This document shows positions 1-10,210 of a stretch of DNA of 64,000 nt, one piece after another. The notes beneath the pieces were generated by a model. It ran no database searches and was not told where the DNA came from. It saw nothing but the letters and a program-made list of their open reading frames with translations. The stretch comes from a virus, in the IMG/VR virus record IMGVR_UViG_3300025669_000020, positions 32,001-96,000 of that record. One strand, written 5' to 3'. Position 1 is the stretch's first letter, and every line of letters starts with the position of its first letter. Position numbers and translations under genes: made by a program.

Positions 1-2
1 AG

Positions 3-1256
3 GGTGCTCTGAATGCCCTGACTGAGCCTGTGTCCATCTTGACGGGGCTTCCCGGTACAGGCAAGAGCACCTCTCTACGGTCTGTGGTTCAGGTTCTCCG
101 TGATGCGGAGGTTCCTTTCCTGCTGGTGGCTCCGACAGGCATTGCAGCCAAGAGGATCACGTCTCTGACAGGAGCGCCCGCCTCTACTATCCATCGGGCC
201 TTCGGTGCTCGGGGATGGGATGTCGGTGGTGAACGAGAATCCACCTATGCAGGCATCGTGGGTGAGTCCGCTACCTTGGAGAGTTCAGACGGCTCGGGGG
301 AACAATGGCGGTGCAGTAAGGACCCCCATCCCGCCGATGTGATTGTCATGGATGAGTCGTCCATGACAGATCAGCACCTGCTCTACAGGATCCTCTCTTG
401 CACGAAGCCCGACGCTCGGATCGTGTTTGTCGGTGACGCTGCCCAGCTCCCCTCTGTGGGTCCCGGCAATGTCCTCCGTGATCTCATCAACTCGGATCTG
501 TTCCCCATGGTGAACCTGATCGATATCTTCCGGCAGGAAGAGACCAGTGACATCGTGTTGGCGGCTCATGCAGTGTTCTCTGGCGGGATCCCCGAGACGG
601 GGCGCGATTCGTCCTCGGACTTCATCCTGGTGGAGACCTCGGATGAGGATCGGGCCTTGGAGATTGTGCTCAAATTGGCACAGAAGCTCTACACCAACCG
701 CAAATTCTTCCAGGTCATGTCGCCTCGTCATGCAGGCACCTTGGGAGTCACCAACCTGAACTCCCGGTTGCGGGAACTGTTGAACCCGAAGCAGCCTGGT
801 GTTCAGGAGATGCGGTTGGGGTCAGAGGTTGTGAGGGAAGACGACCGCGTGATGGTGGTCAAGAACAACTACTCCCTGGGTGTCTACAACGGTGACTTCG
901 GCAAGGTGGCTCGTTTGGATCGTCATGCTCGTGAAGTGGGGATCAAGATTCACGGGGTCCCACCCGTACAAGTCCCCTTCAAGTTGAAGGATGCCTCCGC
1001 TTGTCTTCGGTTGGCATATGCGGTGACCGTACACAAGATGCAGGGGCAGGAGTCGGACACCGTGATCATGCCCCTGGTGAAGGGATTCCAGCACCAGCTT
1101 CAGAGAAACCTGCTCTACACCGCCATCACACGGGCCCGTGTGCGGGTGATTCTGGTAGGGGAGCGGGAGGCTCTCGTGAGAGCTGTGCAGAACAACCGGC
1201 CTGATATTCGGAACACTTTGTTTCTCGAAAGGTTGGAGGCAGCCTTTGCTGTATAG
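3..1256 (+). CDS. recD2: RecD2/TraA-like SF1B DNA helicase, C-terminal part (5'-truncated by the window edge)
   Basis: Walker A GLPGTGKS, APTGIAA, Walker B IVMDESSM, VGDAAQLPSVGPG, LAYAVTVHKMQGQE, LLYTAITRA; frame is open to the window start. Confidence 0.9.
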   Translation, partial: GALNALTEPVSILTGLPGTGKSTSLRSVVQVLRDAEVPFLLVAPTGIAAKRITSLTGAPASTIHRAFGARGWDVGGERESTYAGIVGESATLESSDGSGEQWRCSKDPHPADVIVMDESSMTDQHLLYRILSCTKPDARIVFVGDAAQLPSVGPGNVLRDLINSDLFPMVNLIDIFRQEETSDIVLAAHAVFSGGIPETGRDSSSDFILVETSDEDRALEIVLKLAQKLYTNRKFFQVMSPRHAGTLGVTNLNSRLRELLNPKQPGVQEMRLGSEVVREDDRVMVVKNNYSLGVYNGDFGKVARLDRHAREVGIKIHGVPPVQVPFKLKDASACLRLAYAVTVHKMQGQESDTVIMPLVKGFQHQLQRNLLYTAITRARVRVILVGEREALVRAVQNNRPDIRNTLFLERLEAAFAV

Positions 1257-1258
1257 GG

Positions 1259-1289
1259 GGTTCTCTTCCAGGGTGGATCGCGTATATAC
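1259..1289 (+). promoter_or_regulatory. class A (early/middle) promoter-like motif GGTTCT-N15-GCGTATATAC
   Basis: Same spacing as motifs at 2961, 58938, 57775(-) and 61517(-); lies upstream of an RBS and ATG 1319. Confidence 0.5.
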
Positions 1290-1318
1290 ACAGACACCGC
1301 CACTAGGAGGCTGGACAA

Positions 1319-1705
1319 ATGGACGCCGCTGAAATCGAGGGCACGCTCCGCAAGATCAAGAACGGTATTCGCATCACCAAGGTGGTAGCTACCCGCTCCG
1401 TCAAGGGCTCAAGGGGAGATTCCTTTGCGGGGTTCTCTGCTGCTTGGGACACTCTGCAGGAGGATGGCGGGCATGGTCTCGTGCATGTGGGTGAAGAGGC
1501 TGATGCAGCCTCCCAGGGGATGTCTCTGAAAGAAGCCCGTATCGCACACTACATGGTGGCAATGCAGGCAGACATTGGAGCATATGAAGCGGCCATGGCT
1601 GGTGGGAATCTCCCCATCCGCACCTGCCAGGATGCCATCAAGGCAGTGAAGGCCAACTACAGCAAGTTGATCCAGAGGGCTTTGGGTCAGGACGATAATG
1701 GGTAG
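1319..1705 (+). CDS. hypothetical phage protein
   Basis: AGGAGG RBS, 128-aa ORF in the operon. Confidence 0.7.
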   Translation: MDAAEIEGTLRKIKNGIRITKVVATRSVKGSRGDSFAGFSAAWDTLQEDGGHGLVHVGEEADAASQGMSLKEARIAHYMVAMQADIGAYEAAMAGGNLPIRTCQDAIKAVKANYSKLIQRALGQDDNG

Positions 1706-1734
1706 GGTGTGGAGCCCGACCCCAAGGAGCGCTT

Positions 1735-2946
1735 GTGAGTGATCCTCAGATTGATGAGCAGTATGTTCAGCGCATTTTCCAAGAGCTGACCTCCATGGAG
1801 GTGCACCTGGATAGTGACCCCCTCAAGTATGGGCCCAAACGGCTCAACCGCAAGGTTGCCCAGTGCAGGGGTTTCCTGAGCAGATGTGAGCAGATTTTCC
1901 TGGATGTCAGCCACAAGCTGCATTTCTTCAGGCGTGCTCTGCGGCAGCAACAGACAGATTTTGACCTCCAGATCACAGACATGCTGGCCAACGACCCCAT
2001 CGTGATGGCAGGCCGCAACGTCCGTGACAGGGAAGCCTTCGCCAAGACCCGTCTACAGGATGAGGCTCGTGCTATCCGGGATCAGGAGAGCCTGGTGCAG
2101 GATATGGAATCCGTGATGTCCGTGATCAAAGCCAAGCGGGCTGATCTCAAGGACATGCAGGGACGTATCCGTGACCAGACGAAGCTCTGTCAGGAAGAGG
2201 TGGGCCTGGGTTCCCGGTGGGGGTCCGCACGGGCTCCCGAAGAGCCCGTGGTGGATCTGTCTTTCGCGGGCTACATCCCCGAAGCTGTGCGGCAAGCACG
2301 GGAATTGGGTGTGAAGTCCGAGGGGGAGATCCATGTGGGTGCAGCCCCCGACCTCCCCGAGATTGTGGAAGAGCCCGCCTTGGAGGGTCTCCTAGCCGAA
2401 GCAGTTGTGGAGCCGGAGCCCACCCCGGAGCCCACCCCGGAACCCACTCCGGAACCCACTCCAGAACCCACTCCAGAGCCCACTCCAGAGCCCGAGCCCA
2501 CTCCCGAAGTGGAGGCAGCACCGGAACCCACCCCAGCACCAGAATTGGACATCTTGGATGACATCCTGGTGCCAGATGAGCCCGTGGTGGAAGAGCTGGT
2601 CATGGATGACATCTTGGAGGACACGGAAGCTGCTCCTGCAGAGGAAGCCAAGCCCAAGGTAGCCCCTCTGGTGGTCCCCCCTTCCGTGGAGATCCAGCAA
2701 GAGGATGTAGCTCTCTTGGATGATATTTTGGAGGAGGACACTACGGGTGAGCCCGAAGAGGTGGAGCCCGAAGTAGAACCCGATCCCAAGCCTGTGTATG
2801 AGACCTCAGCCACTGATCAGGAGATCGATGATTTCCTGGTGGAGTTGGATGACAAGGGCCCCCCAGCGACCCCTCCGCAAGCCACATCGACAGAGACTCC
2901 CGTTGTTGAAATGGACTTCGATTCTCTGGTTGATCTTTTTGGCTGA
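1735..2946 (+). CDS. coiled-coil protein with long acidic/PEPT-repeat tail (possible recombination mediator)
   Basis: Helical N-terminal ~165 aa, PEPT repeats, acidic C-terminus ending DSLVDLFG; function inferred only from proximity to SSB/RecA. Confidence 0.55.
   Translation: MSDPQIDEQYVQRIFQELTSMEVHLDSDPLKYGPKRLNRKVAQCRGFLSRCEQIFLDVSHKLHFFRRALRQQQTDFDLQITDMLANDPIVMAGRNVRDREAFAKTRLQDEARAIRDQESLVQDMESVMSVIKAKRADLKDMQGRIRDQTKLCQEEVGLGSRWGSARAPEEPVVDLSFAGYIPEAVRQARELGVKSEGEIHVGAAPDLPEIVEEPALEGLLAEAVVEPEPTPEPTPEPTPEPTPEPTPEPTPEPEPTPEVEAAPEPTPAPELDILDDILVPDEPVVEELVMDDILEDTEAAPAEEAKPKVAPLVVPPSVEIQQEDVALLDDILEEDTTGEPEEVEPEVEPDPKPVYETSATDQEIDDFLVELDDKGPPATPPQATSTETPVVEMDFDSLVDLFG
2413..2508 (+). 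repeat. coding tandem repeat of 12-nt unit CCRGARCCCACY (PEPT) x~7
   Basis: Directly visible in DNA and protein. Confidence 0.95.
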
Positions 2947-2960
2947 TCTTGTACTACGGG

Positions 2961-2990
2961 GGGTCACAGAAAAAGTGAACCGTGTATAGA
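2961..2990 (+). promoter_or_regulatory. class A promoter-like motif GGGTCA-N15-GTGTATAGA
   Basis: Intergenic, same spacing as other class A sites. Confidence 0.45.
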
Positions 2991-3046
2991 CAGATGCGGC
3001 ACCTGTCCTAACCAAACCAATGACCATTGTGCCGCAAGGAGTAGAC

Positions 3047-3823
3047 ATGAGCGACTTCGTAGAATTCTCGTTCGGAATGGACGATGATAAGATCGGTGGG
3101 AAGCGGTTCGACCGCTACAAGGGCAAGGAAGGGGAGACCGAGCGTCTCAGCTTCGTATGGTGGTACCTGGATGAGGGTGGCAAGCCCATCTTCAATTGGG
3201 ATGGCCTCCCCAAGGAAGTTCTGGCCAAGGTGACCCCTGCTATCCGTGCAGCCAGTGAAGAGCCCCCTCCCCGCTTCACCGGAGCCAAGCGCTTCTACAT
3301 CCCTGGTGTTGGCTACGTCTTGGATAAGGGCCCCGAGATGGCAAAGTTGGCTGGCCAGGCATCCAAGCCTACCATCGCTACCATCGTGGTGGTGTGGCCC
3401 ACTGACCGCAACGGTCAGGTGAATGCTACGCGGTTGGAGGCAGGCGAGTTCGATGTCAAGCCCTGGGTGTTCTCCCGTGACAAGTACGACATGCTCTCCG
3501 CTCGTCACAACGAGTTCCCCCTGGGACAGCATGACATCCAGGCCAAGTGCACGGACACGCAGTACCAGAAGATGGACATCGTGCCCTGCAAGGAGAACCT
3601 GTTCCGCAAGGTGCTCGGCAGCGAGAAGCTGGCTCACATCGCCCAGAAGATCATGGATCAGGTGATCGAGTGTGAGGCCAACATCCGTGACCGGATCGCC
3701 ACTGACATGTCCGTAGCGCAGGTGCGTGAGAAGTTGGGCGGCGGTGGCGGCACCAGCGCCACTTTCAACCCCGACACCACCGCGGCCGTGGATGCCATCC
3801 TGGACGACGTGCTGGCCGAGTAG
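3047..3823 (+). CDS. probable single-stranded DNA-binding protein (gp32-like)
   Basis: AAGGAG RBS before ATG 3047; aromatic beta-rich core, Gly linker, acidic tail DAILDDVLAE; sits before RuvC/RecA. Confidence 0.5.
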   Translation: MSDFVEFSFGMDDDKIGGKRFDRYKGKEGETERLSFVWWYLDEGGKPIFNWDGLPKEVLAKVTPAIRAASEEPPPRFTGAKRFYIPGVGYVLDKGPEMAKLAGQASKPTIATIVVVWPTDRNGQVNATRLEAGEFDVKPWVFSRDKYDMLSARHNEFPLGQHDIQAKCTDTQYQKMDIVPCKENLFRKVLGSEKLAHIAQKIMDQVIECEANIRDRIATDMSVAQVREKLGGGGGTSATFNPDTTAAVDAILDDVLAE

Positions 3824-3843
3824 CAGGAAAGGAGGGTCATCCC

Positions 3844-4500
3844 ATGCTAGTGCTAGGGTTGGACCCTTCCCTTACCAACTACGGTTGGGCAGTGCATGAC
3901 ACTTTGGCTGTGGGTCTGGATCGTTGCCCCTCACGGGGGCGGTTCCAGACTCCAGCCAAAATGTTGTTTATAGACCGCTACGTTTACATGCGGGAGCATC
4001 TCCGAGCCAAGGTTCGGGAAGTGAAGCCCGACAAGATAGGGATCGAGTTCCCCATCTTCAACGACATGTGGTCAGAGGGCATGTATGGGCTCTTCCTGTA
4101 CTCCTGTGAAGCCCTCCGCATCGAAAAGCAGGATGTGGTGTTCTGGTCCCCCATGCAGGCGAAAGCCCATGCCCGAGAGTCCCTGGATCGACCTCCCAAG
4201 TGGAAGATGGGCAAGATGGACATGGTGGATGCAGCCAAGGCAGACGCGGGTGGAAAGGGGCGCTGGAACCACAACGAAGCAGACGCCTACTTGGTAGGTC
4301 GCTTGGGAGCACGGTTCTGGTCTCTGCAGACGGGGGAAATCACTGAGGAGGACCTCTCCAAGGTGGAACAGAAATACTTTTTGGAAGTGAAGACGTGGAT
4401 ACGCGGCAAAAAAGCCGGCAAAACTCAACATCGTGGGGTCATGTACCGGGAAGATGAGCGTTTCTTCCTGTGGTCCCAGAAGGACACCAACAATGGCTAA
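3844..4500 (+). CDS. ruvC: RuvC-like Holliday junction resolvase
   Basis: LGLDPSLTNYGWAV, GIE, K..M, NEADA RNase H-fold motifs. Confidence 0.8.
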   Translation: MLVLGLDPSLTNYGWAVHDTLAVGLDRCPSRGRFQTPAKMLFIDRYVYMREHLRAKVREVKPDKIGIEFPIFNDMWSEGMYGLFLYSCEALRIEKQDVVFWSPMQAKAHARESLDRPPKWKMGKMDMVDAAKADAGGKGRWNHNEADAYLVGRLGARFWSLQTGEITEEDLSKVEQKYFLEVKTWIRGKKAGKTQHRGVMYREDERFFLWSQKDTNNG

Positions 4501-5686
4501 GAAGAAGGCTGCGAAAACAGGTGTGTTGGCACTGGCACGGGCTGCCGCAACCAAGATGCTCAAGAACGACAACTGGCGTGTGTCCCTTGACCCCGACCAG
4601 CTCAAGGAGCCCCTCGAACATCTCCCCACGGGTTCCCTGGTCATCGACTACCTCATCGGTGGAGAGCCCAACGCCTTTGGTATCTCCCCATGCCCTGGCC
4701 TCCCCCGCCGGCGTATCACACAGCTTTGGGGTCATGAGTCCAGTGGTAAGACCACCCTGGCTCTGACGGCTGCTGCAACTACCTGTGCTGCTGGTGGTAC
4801 CGTCCTCTATGTGGACTGGGAGAACGACATCGTTCCCGACTACGCCGCCGCTCTCGGTGTCCCCATCGCCAATCCCGAGAAGTTCGAGCTGGTGCAGCCC
4901 GAATCCCTGGAAGAGGGGATCAAGCTCATCCGTGCCTACGTCGTGGCAGGCGTAGACCTGGTGATCATCGACTCTGTGGGCGCAGCCGCTCCCCAGGTCA
5001 TGGTTGACCGCAAGATGGAAGAGACCGGCAACGTCATCCGTGTTGGCCTCGTGGCCAAAACATGGTCGGAGTTCCTCCCCCTCTTGAAGTCCGACATCAA
5101 CAAGACCGGCACCGCTGTCCTGGGCATCTCCCAGACCCGCGCCAACATCAACACCTCAGGGTACGGCGGCGGTCCTACCACATCTCCCCAGGGCGGCAAT
5201 GCCTGGAAGTTCTACTCTTCTCTCCGCATCGAGCTTCGCCGGATCAAGAACGAGAAGGGCAAGCGGCACAATGCCCTGACCCACAAGAGCGAGGACCGCA
5301 TCTACGGTGGTGTGATTCGCGCCAAGATGGTCAAGTGCAAGCTGTCCAAGAGCCAGGGCCGCGAAGAGCTGTTCTACATCCGTTGGGGTGAGGGCATCGA
5401 TGACATCCGCTCCATCATGGAGATTGCCATCGGGCACGGGGTCGTCAAGAAGGGCGGAGCATGGCTGACTTGGGAGCCGCCCGAGGGAGAGACGGTCAAG
5501 GTGCAGGGCACCGAGAGGCTGCGGGCCCACCTCCTCAAGAACCCCGATCAGTTCCAGGGTCTGTATGGACAGGTTCGCCCGTACCTGACAGGTACCCAGT
5601 ACGATGTTGACGGTGACGATTCCGAGGCAGTGGACCCCATGTCCACGGCTATCGATGACATCATCGAGGAAGTGGACTTCACATAG
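4493..5686 (+). CDS. recA: RecA/UvsX recombinase
   Basis: GHESSGKTT, VIIDSVGA, GISQTR, GGNAWKFYSSLRIEL, KKGGAW. Confidence 0.93.
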   Translation: MAKKKAAKTGVLALARAAATKMLKNDNWRVSLDPDQLKEPLEHLPTGSLVIDYLIGGEPNAFGISPCPGLPRRRITQLWGHESSGKTTLALTAAATTCAAGGTVLYVDWENDIVPDYAAALGVPIANPEKFELVQPESLEEGIKLIRAYVVAGVDLVIIDSVGAAAPQVMVDRKMEETGNVIRVGLVAKTWSEFLPLLKSDINKTGTAVLGISQTRANINTSGYGGGPTTSPQGGNAWKFYSSLRIELRRIKNEKGKRHNALTHKSEDRIYGGVIRAKMVKCKLSKSQGREELFYIRWGEGIDDIRSIMEIAIGHGVVKKGGAWLTWEPPEGETVKVQGTERLRAHLLKNPDQFQGLYGQVRPYLTGTQYDVDGDDSEAVDPMSTAIDDIIEEVDFT

Positions 5687-5701
5687 GGGTAGGGTAGCCC
5701 C

Positions 5702-6925
5702 ATGGCTGTTCAAGTACGAGTTCAGAATTTCCAGTCCATCAAAGACTCGACCGTTGATATCGACGGGTTCACGGTAGTTGCTGGGCAGAACAATGCAGGC
5801 AAGACTGCCCTGATCCGCGCTGTCTCGGGGGTGTTCTCCAACACTCCCGGACACTACTATGTGCGGGATGGGGAGGATTTCTGCAGTGTGGAAATCATCT
5901 TGGATGAGAACACCTCCGTCAAGTGGGAGAAGGGGCCCAAGATTCGGCCCCGGTATTCTGTCAACGGTGGTCCCCTCATCTACCCTGGAAAGGAAGTCCC
6001 CCAGGAAGTGCTCGACCTGGGCATCATGCCCATCACAGCCGTCAACCAGACCCTCTGGCCCCAGATTGCTCAGCAGTTTGTGGGCCAGGTGTTCCTGTTG
6101 GATCAGCCTGGCTCTGTCGTGGCTGAGACCGTCGCGGATGTGGAGAGGGTGGGGAAGCTCTCCAAGGCTCTGAAGCTGGCAGAATCGGATCGCCGTTCCT
6201 TGTCCAGTGACCTGAAGGTGCGCCGACGTGATTTCCGCGATCTCCAACTGGAGCTGGAGGGCTATGCAGGGGTGGACGCCATCACGGATGAGGTGGATTC
6301 CATCGAGACACAATGGAGGGAGGCCAAGCAGGTAGGGGGCAGCATCCTGAAGGTGAGGGAACTGAGGGATGGGTTGCAGCAGGCACAGGGGTTGATCGAT
6401 GCCTTGGCAGGGGTGGAGGATGTGACCGTTCCAGGTCCCCAGGCAGCCCAGGAGGCTTCAGAAACCCGTACCAGTGTGAGCACCCTCCGTGATGTGAAGG
6501 GCCGTTACGATGCCGCCCAGGCTCTCTGCGGGAGTCTCGCGGGAGCCTCGGAACTCACCATTCCAGAGAAGCAGGATGCCTCCAAGCTGCAAGAGGACAT
6601 CCGTTCCTACACCCGCCTCAGTGGCAGGCTGCAAGCGGCCCAGCAGGCACAGGACTCCTTGCAGGGTCTCCCTGCTGTCCTGGGGGAAATCTCCGTTGAG
6701 GGGATGGTGGATGAAACCGCAAAGTGTCCCAAGATCCAAGCTGCTCTCACCACCCTCAAGGGGATCCAAGAGCGTTATGCCCGTGCCCTCACTGAGATGC
6801 AGGAGTCCGAGCGGCTGTTGCGGGAGTCCCAGGAATCCCAGGTAGGCGCTGAGGAAGAGGTGCGGGTTATCCTTGGGGACAGGGGCGAGTGCCCTGTGTG
6901 TAGGACAGTGGTGGAGAAGACATGA
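5702..6925 (+). CDS. sbcC: SbcC/Rad50-like ATPase, N-terminal half (Walker A, coiled coil, zinc hook)
   Basis: VQNFQSI, GQNNAGKT, Q-loop, coiled coil ending in CPVC; no Walker B. Confidence 0.85.
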   Translation: MAVQVRVQNFQSIKDSTVDIDGFTVVAGQNNAGKTALIRAVSGVFSNTPGHYYVRDGEDFCSVEIILDENTSVKWEKGPKIRPRYSVNGGPLIYPGKEVPQEVLDLGIMPITAVNQTLWPQIAQQFVGQVFLLDQPGSVVAETVADVERVGKLSKALKLAESDRRSLSSDLKVRRRDFRDLQLELEGYAGVDAITDEVDSIETQWREAKQVGGSILKVRELRDGLQQAQGLIDALAGVEDVTVPGPQAAQEASETRTSVSTLRDVKGRYDAAQALCGSLAGASELTIPEKQDASKLQEDIRSYTRLSGRLQAAQQAQDSLQGLPAVLGEISVEGMVDETAKCPKIQAALTTLKGIQERYARALTEMQESERLLRESQESQVGAEEEVRVILGDRGECPVCRTVVEKT

Positions 6926-7896
6926 TCAAGCTGGTTTGGCGTAGCGATGTGCATCTCTCTGACAGGGCCCCTGCCTCCCGCAAGGATGACTGGACAGAGA
7001 CCGTCTTCAACAAGCTCATGCAGACCCGCATCGTGGCGGAGAAGCTTGGAGCACACGGTGTGCTGGACGGCGGGGACTTCTTCCATGTGAAGAGCCCCAG
7101 CCGAAACTCCCATGCCCTGCTACGGCGTGTGGCTGAGCTGCACAAGACATTCCCCTGCCCCATCTACTGCACACCGGGCAATCACGACAGCGTATATGGG
7201 GACTACAACTACCTGCACCAGCAGCCGTTGGGCGTCCTCTACGCCTCGGGGGTGTTCCGCCCTCTGTATGACCAGCACGAGGCAGTGTTCGTGGATCCCG
7301 AGTCCGGGGTGAAGGTGCGTGTCATTGGTGTGCCCTACCACGGCACCCAGTACGACATGAGCCGCTTCTTCAACATCACCAGGGGGGATGAGGACTACCT
7401 CGTCGTGGTGGCCCATGTCCTGGCCAGCCTCAAGGGTGGCACGATGTTCGAGGGTGAGGACATCGTGTCCTACAACGATCTGATGGGTGTGCCTGCGGAC
7501 GCCTTCCTGTTCGGGCACTGGCACAAGGATCAGGGTGCGGTGGAGATAGGCGGCAAGTGGTTCGTGAATATTGGGAGTCTGACCCGAGGCTCCATCGCCC
7601 AGGATGATCTGATTCGGCAGCCCGCGTGTGCAGTGCTCTCCTTTGTGAAGGAGAAGATGTCTATCCAGGTAGTACGCCTTCGGGTGCAGCCCTCGTCGGA
7701 AGTGTTTGACGTTGAGGGACGTGCCAAAGCCAAGGATCGGGCCACGAAGATGGATTCCTTTGTGGAGAACATCCGTGGGACATTGGCCAAGGTGGCAGGC
7801 AGAGACCTGAAGGATGCCGTAGAGGGCATGGAGGGCATCCCGGAGGCAGTGAGGGAGAGATCCATGTTGTACCTGGAGAGAGCCGATGCCGAATGA
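6922..7896 (+). CDS. sbcD: SbcD/Mre11-like metallophosphoesterase nuclease
   Basis: SDVH, GGDFF, GNHD, AH, GHWH motifs. Confidence 0.9.
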   Translation: MIKLVWRSDVHLSDRAPASRKDDWTETVFNKLMQTRIVAEKLGAHGVLDGGDFFHVKSPSRNSHALLRRVAELHKTFPCPIYCTPGNHDSVYGDYNYLHQQPLGVLYASGVFRPLYDQHEAVFVDPESGVKVRVIGVPYHGTQYDMSRFFNITRGDEDYLVVVAHVLASLKGGTMFEGEDIVSYNDLMGVPADAFLFGHWHKDQGAVEIGGKWFVNIGSLTRGSIAQDDLIRQPACAVLSFVKEKMSIQVVRLRVQPSSEVFDVEGRAKAKDRATKMDSFVENIRGTLAKVAGRDLKDAVEGMEGIPEAVRERSMLYLERADAE

Positions 7897-7991
7897 GCCC
7901 TTTTGTCATTGGGAAGCCCCGGTTCCTCTACGCCACCATGGTGCCCGCCCCCAAGTGTGACCTCGTGAACCCCGATCTGTTCAAGGACTGA
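7893..7991 (+). CDS. small 32-aa ORF (MSPFVIGKPR...LFKD)
   Basis: ATGA overlap with the sbcD stop; ends 2 nt before the next ATG. Confidence 0.4.
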   Translation: MSPFVIGKPRFLYATMVPAPKCDLVNPDLFKD

Positions 7992-7993
7992 GA

Positions 7994-8935
7994 ATGTCTG
8001 TCGCGGAGCTGTACCAGAGAAGCTACCAGGAGACCCTCTCCATCGTGGAGACGGGGGGTGGTGTGGATCTGGTATTCACGTCTCCGCCTTATTGCGATGC
8101 CCGCACCTATGGTGAGGACATCTCCTGGGAATTCAAGGACTACCAGGATCTGGGGGATTGTATCTTCCGGGCTCTGAAACCAGGTGGGCATTGCCTGTTC
8201 AACGTGGATGCTCCTGTGAGAGCATGGCGTTCAGGGATGGGGACTGAACGAGGGTTGATGCCCTGGCGCATCTTGCTGGACTGGGCAGATAGGGTGGGGT
8301 TCCGCGTTGTGGATCGGTTGGCTTTCGCACGCATGGGACTCCCCGGTGCCTACACAGGGAGGTTTCGTAATGACTGGGAGCCTCTATTCTGGTTCCAGCG
8401 CCCTGGTGAGGGGTACTTCGACAAAATCCCATTAGCTGGAGAGGCTGGTGCGAGGAATCCTGGTATTACATCCAGTAGGCGGAGTGATGGCACCCTTGCT
8501 CTGAGGATTGCCTCAGGGTGGGCTGTGGAGGAGAACAAGAAGCATCGGGGGACGTTGTGGGACTACGGGGCTGTAGGGAAGGGGCAAAGTGGTGCTCCTG
8601 ACATCGAGAATCTCAACCACCCCGCACGGTTCCCTCTCCGCTTGGCTATGGATGTAGTAGCGTGCTTCAGTCCTCCTGGTGGTACCGTCTGTGACCCCTT
8701 CCTTGGCGGTGGCACTACAATGGTGGCTGCTCTGTGCCAGGAGAGGAACTTCACAGGTGGGGATCTGTATGGGAACGATGAGGGGAAGTCTTGGGTCGAG
8801 TGTGCGGCCGAGGTGGGGGTGGAGAGATTTGGCAGCGGCAACCTTGCCCTGTTCGGGATGGAGGACCAGCATAGGTTGCGGGTACATTTCCCTGACAGGG
8901 AGGTTTGCTATCTAGGGGATTCCGAAGATGGGTAG
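7994..8935 (+). CDS. beta-class N4-cytosine/N6-adenine DNA methyltransferase
   Basis: FTSPPY catalytic motif precedes HPARFP and DPFLGGGTT SAM-binding motif. Confidence 0.9.
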   Translation: MSVAELYQRSYQETLSIVETGGGVDLVFTSPPYCDARTYGEDISWEFKDYQDLGDCIFRALKPGGHCLFNVDAPVRAWRSGMGTERGLMPWRILLDWADRVGFRVVDRLAFARMGLPGAYTGRFRNDWEPLFWFQRPGEGYFDKIPLAGEAGARNPGITSSRRSDGTLALRIASGWAVEENKKHRGTLWDYGAVGKGQSGAPDIENLNHPARFPLRLAMDVVACFSPPGGTVCDPFLGGGTTMVAALCQERNFTGGDLYGNDEGKSWVECAAEVGVERFGSGNLALFGMEDQHRLRVHFPDREVCYLGDSEDG

Positions 8936-8968
8936 AGTGTGCCACCCATCTCTGTGCTAGAGGACGAC

Positions 8969-9883
8969 ATGGCTAATTTCACCTTGTACTGGACGAATCT
9001 CGGTCGCTATGAAAACTGCCCGCAGCAGTTCTTGTGGTACAAGGGTTGGGGCACGATTGATCTTGGAAGGGGGCCTGGTCGCGGCAAGCCAAAGCCCGTG
9101 AAAAGCTCCTGGCACCATGCTCTCATGGGTGTGGTCATTCAGGCAGCCATCGAGGACATGTACAACGATGAGCTGTGGAGGCATCCCGCATCCTTGCAGC
9201 GTGAGTTGCTGGAGCGGGTGGAGCGTGAGTTCAAGCGTCAGCTGGCAAAGCCCCGCAACTACGTTGATTGGCGGTTGTCTCCCAGCAGGGAAGAGCTGCT
9301 CAAGGTCTGCCGAGAGGGTGTCATCGGGTATCTCCGCACCATGAAGCACAACAAGCTTCTGGGTCCCTATGCCAAGGCTGAAGAGGACTTGGTTGGGTAT
9401 GTGGACAAGTTCACGCCCATTGGCGGCAGGGTCGACATGGTCATCCAGCGTGAGGACACGGGCATCACCCTCCTGGATGGGAAGAACAGCACCCACAAGG
9501 GGAAGTACACGGATCCCGACCAGCTCCGTTGGTATGCCCTGTGTTTCCAGCTCGCTTACAGCCGTGTGCCCGACCGTCTGGGATTCGTCTACTACCGCTA
9601 CCCTCACGGGAAGCCCATCGAGGGTACGGATGAGGTGGAGAGTGGTGTGGAGTGGGTGGACTGCACCCGTGAGGACATCCAGGGTCTTGCCCAGCGTGCG
9701 GTAAAGGTTCGGAAGGGTCTCTACAGGCAAAAATTCGAGCCGACCCCTACCCCGAGCGGATGCCGGTTCTGCGATTACGAGACCGTGTGCGAAGCTCGCA
9801 TTGCCCAGAAGGCTGCCAATTCCAAGGGACGCCGGAAAAAGTCTGTGGAACTTCCCGCAGATGGTCTGTTGGAGATTTTCTAG
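8969..9883 (+). CDS. PD-(D/E)XK exonuclease, RecB/AddB/Cas4-like with Fe-S cysteines
   Basis: YENCP, GRVD, LDGK, QLRWY, CRFCDYETVC. Confidence 0.85.
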   Translation: MANFTLYWTNLGRYENCPQQFLWYKGWGTIDLGRGPGRGKPKPVKSSWHHALMGVVIQAAIEDMYNDELWRHPASLQRELLERVEREFKRQLAKPRNYVDWRLSPSREELLKVCREGVIGYLRTMKHNKLLGPYAKAEEDLVGYVDKFTPIGGRVDMVIQREDTGITLLDGKNSTHKGKYTDPDQLRWYALCFQLAYSRVPDRLGFVYYRYPHGKPIEGTDEVESGVEWVDCTREDIQGLAQRAVKVRKGLYRQKFEPTPTPSGCRFCDYETVCEARIAQKAANSKGRRKKSVELPADGLLEIF

Positions 9884-9936
9884 GGGGGTTCCGAACTACG
9901 GGAACCGGGTAGAAAGGAAAACGGAAAGGAGTCCTC

Positions 9937-10206
9937 ATGTCAGATCTTGATGCACGGTTGACGCAGGCGGTTAGCCGTCGTGACCAGGTAGCCAAAGATG
10001 TCCAGCGGCTTCAGGGCAAGCAGGAAGCTGCCAAGGCCAACTTGACAGCCGTTGAGGATGAGTGCCGTAGCAAGGGTGTAGAGCCCGAAAACATCGCTGT
10101 GACCATCACGACTCTGGAAGACAGATACCGTGAGAAGGTCGAAAACCTGGAGCGGGACGTGGCGGCTGCTGAAGCCGCCCTGGCCCCATTCACCAAGGAG
10201 TCATAA
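9937..10206 (+). CDS. small coiled-coil protein
   Basis: Heptad pattern across 89 aa; AAGGAG RBS. Confidence 0.7.
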   Translation: MSDLDARLTQAVSRRDQVAKDVQRLQGKQEAAKANLTAVEDECRSKGVEPENIAVTITTLEDRYREKVENLERDVAAAEAALAPFTKES

Positions 10207-10210
10207 CCCC

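Noticed and set aside
2413-2508. Tandem repeats as a CRISPR array
   Set aside because: 12-nt in-frame PEPT coding repeats without spacers
8969-9883. Cas4 as part of a CRISPR-Cas locus
   Set aside because: No array or other cas genes; stand-alone PD-(D/E)XK nucleases are common in phage recombination clusters
7994-9883. Restriction-modification pair
   Set aside because: The nuclease is a RecB/Cas4-type exonuclease; an orphan methyltransferase is the simpler reading
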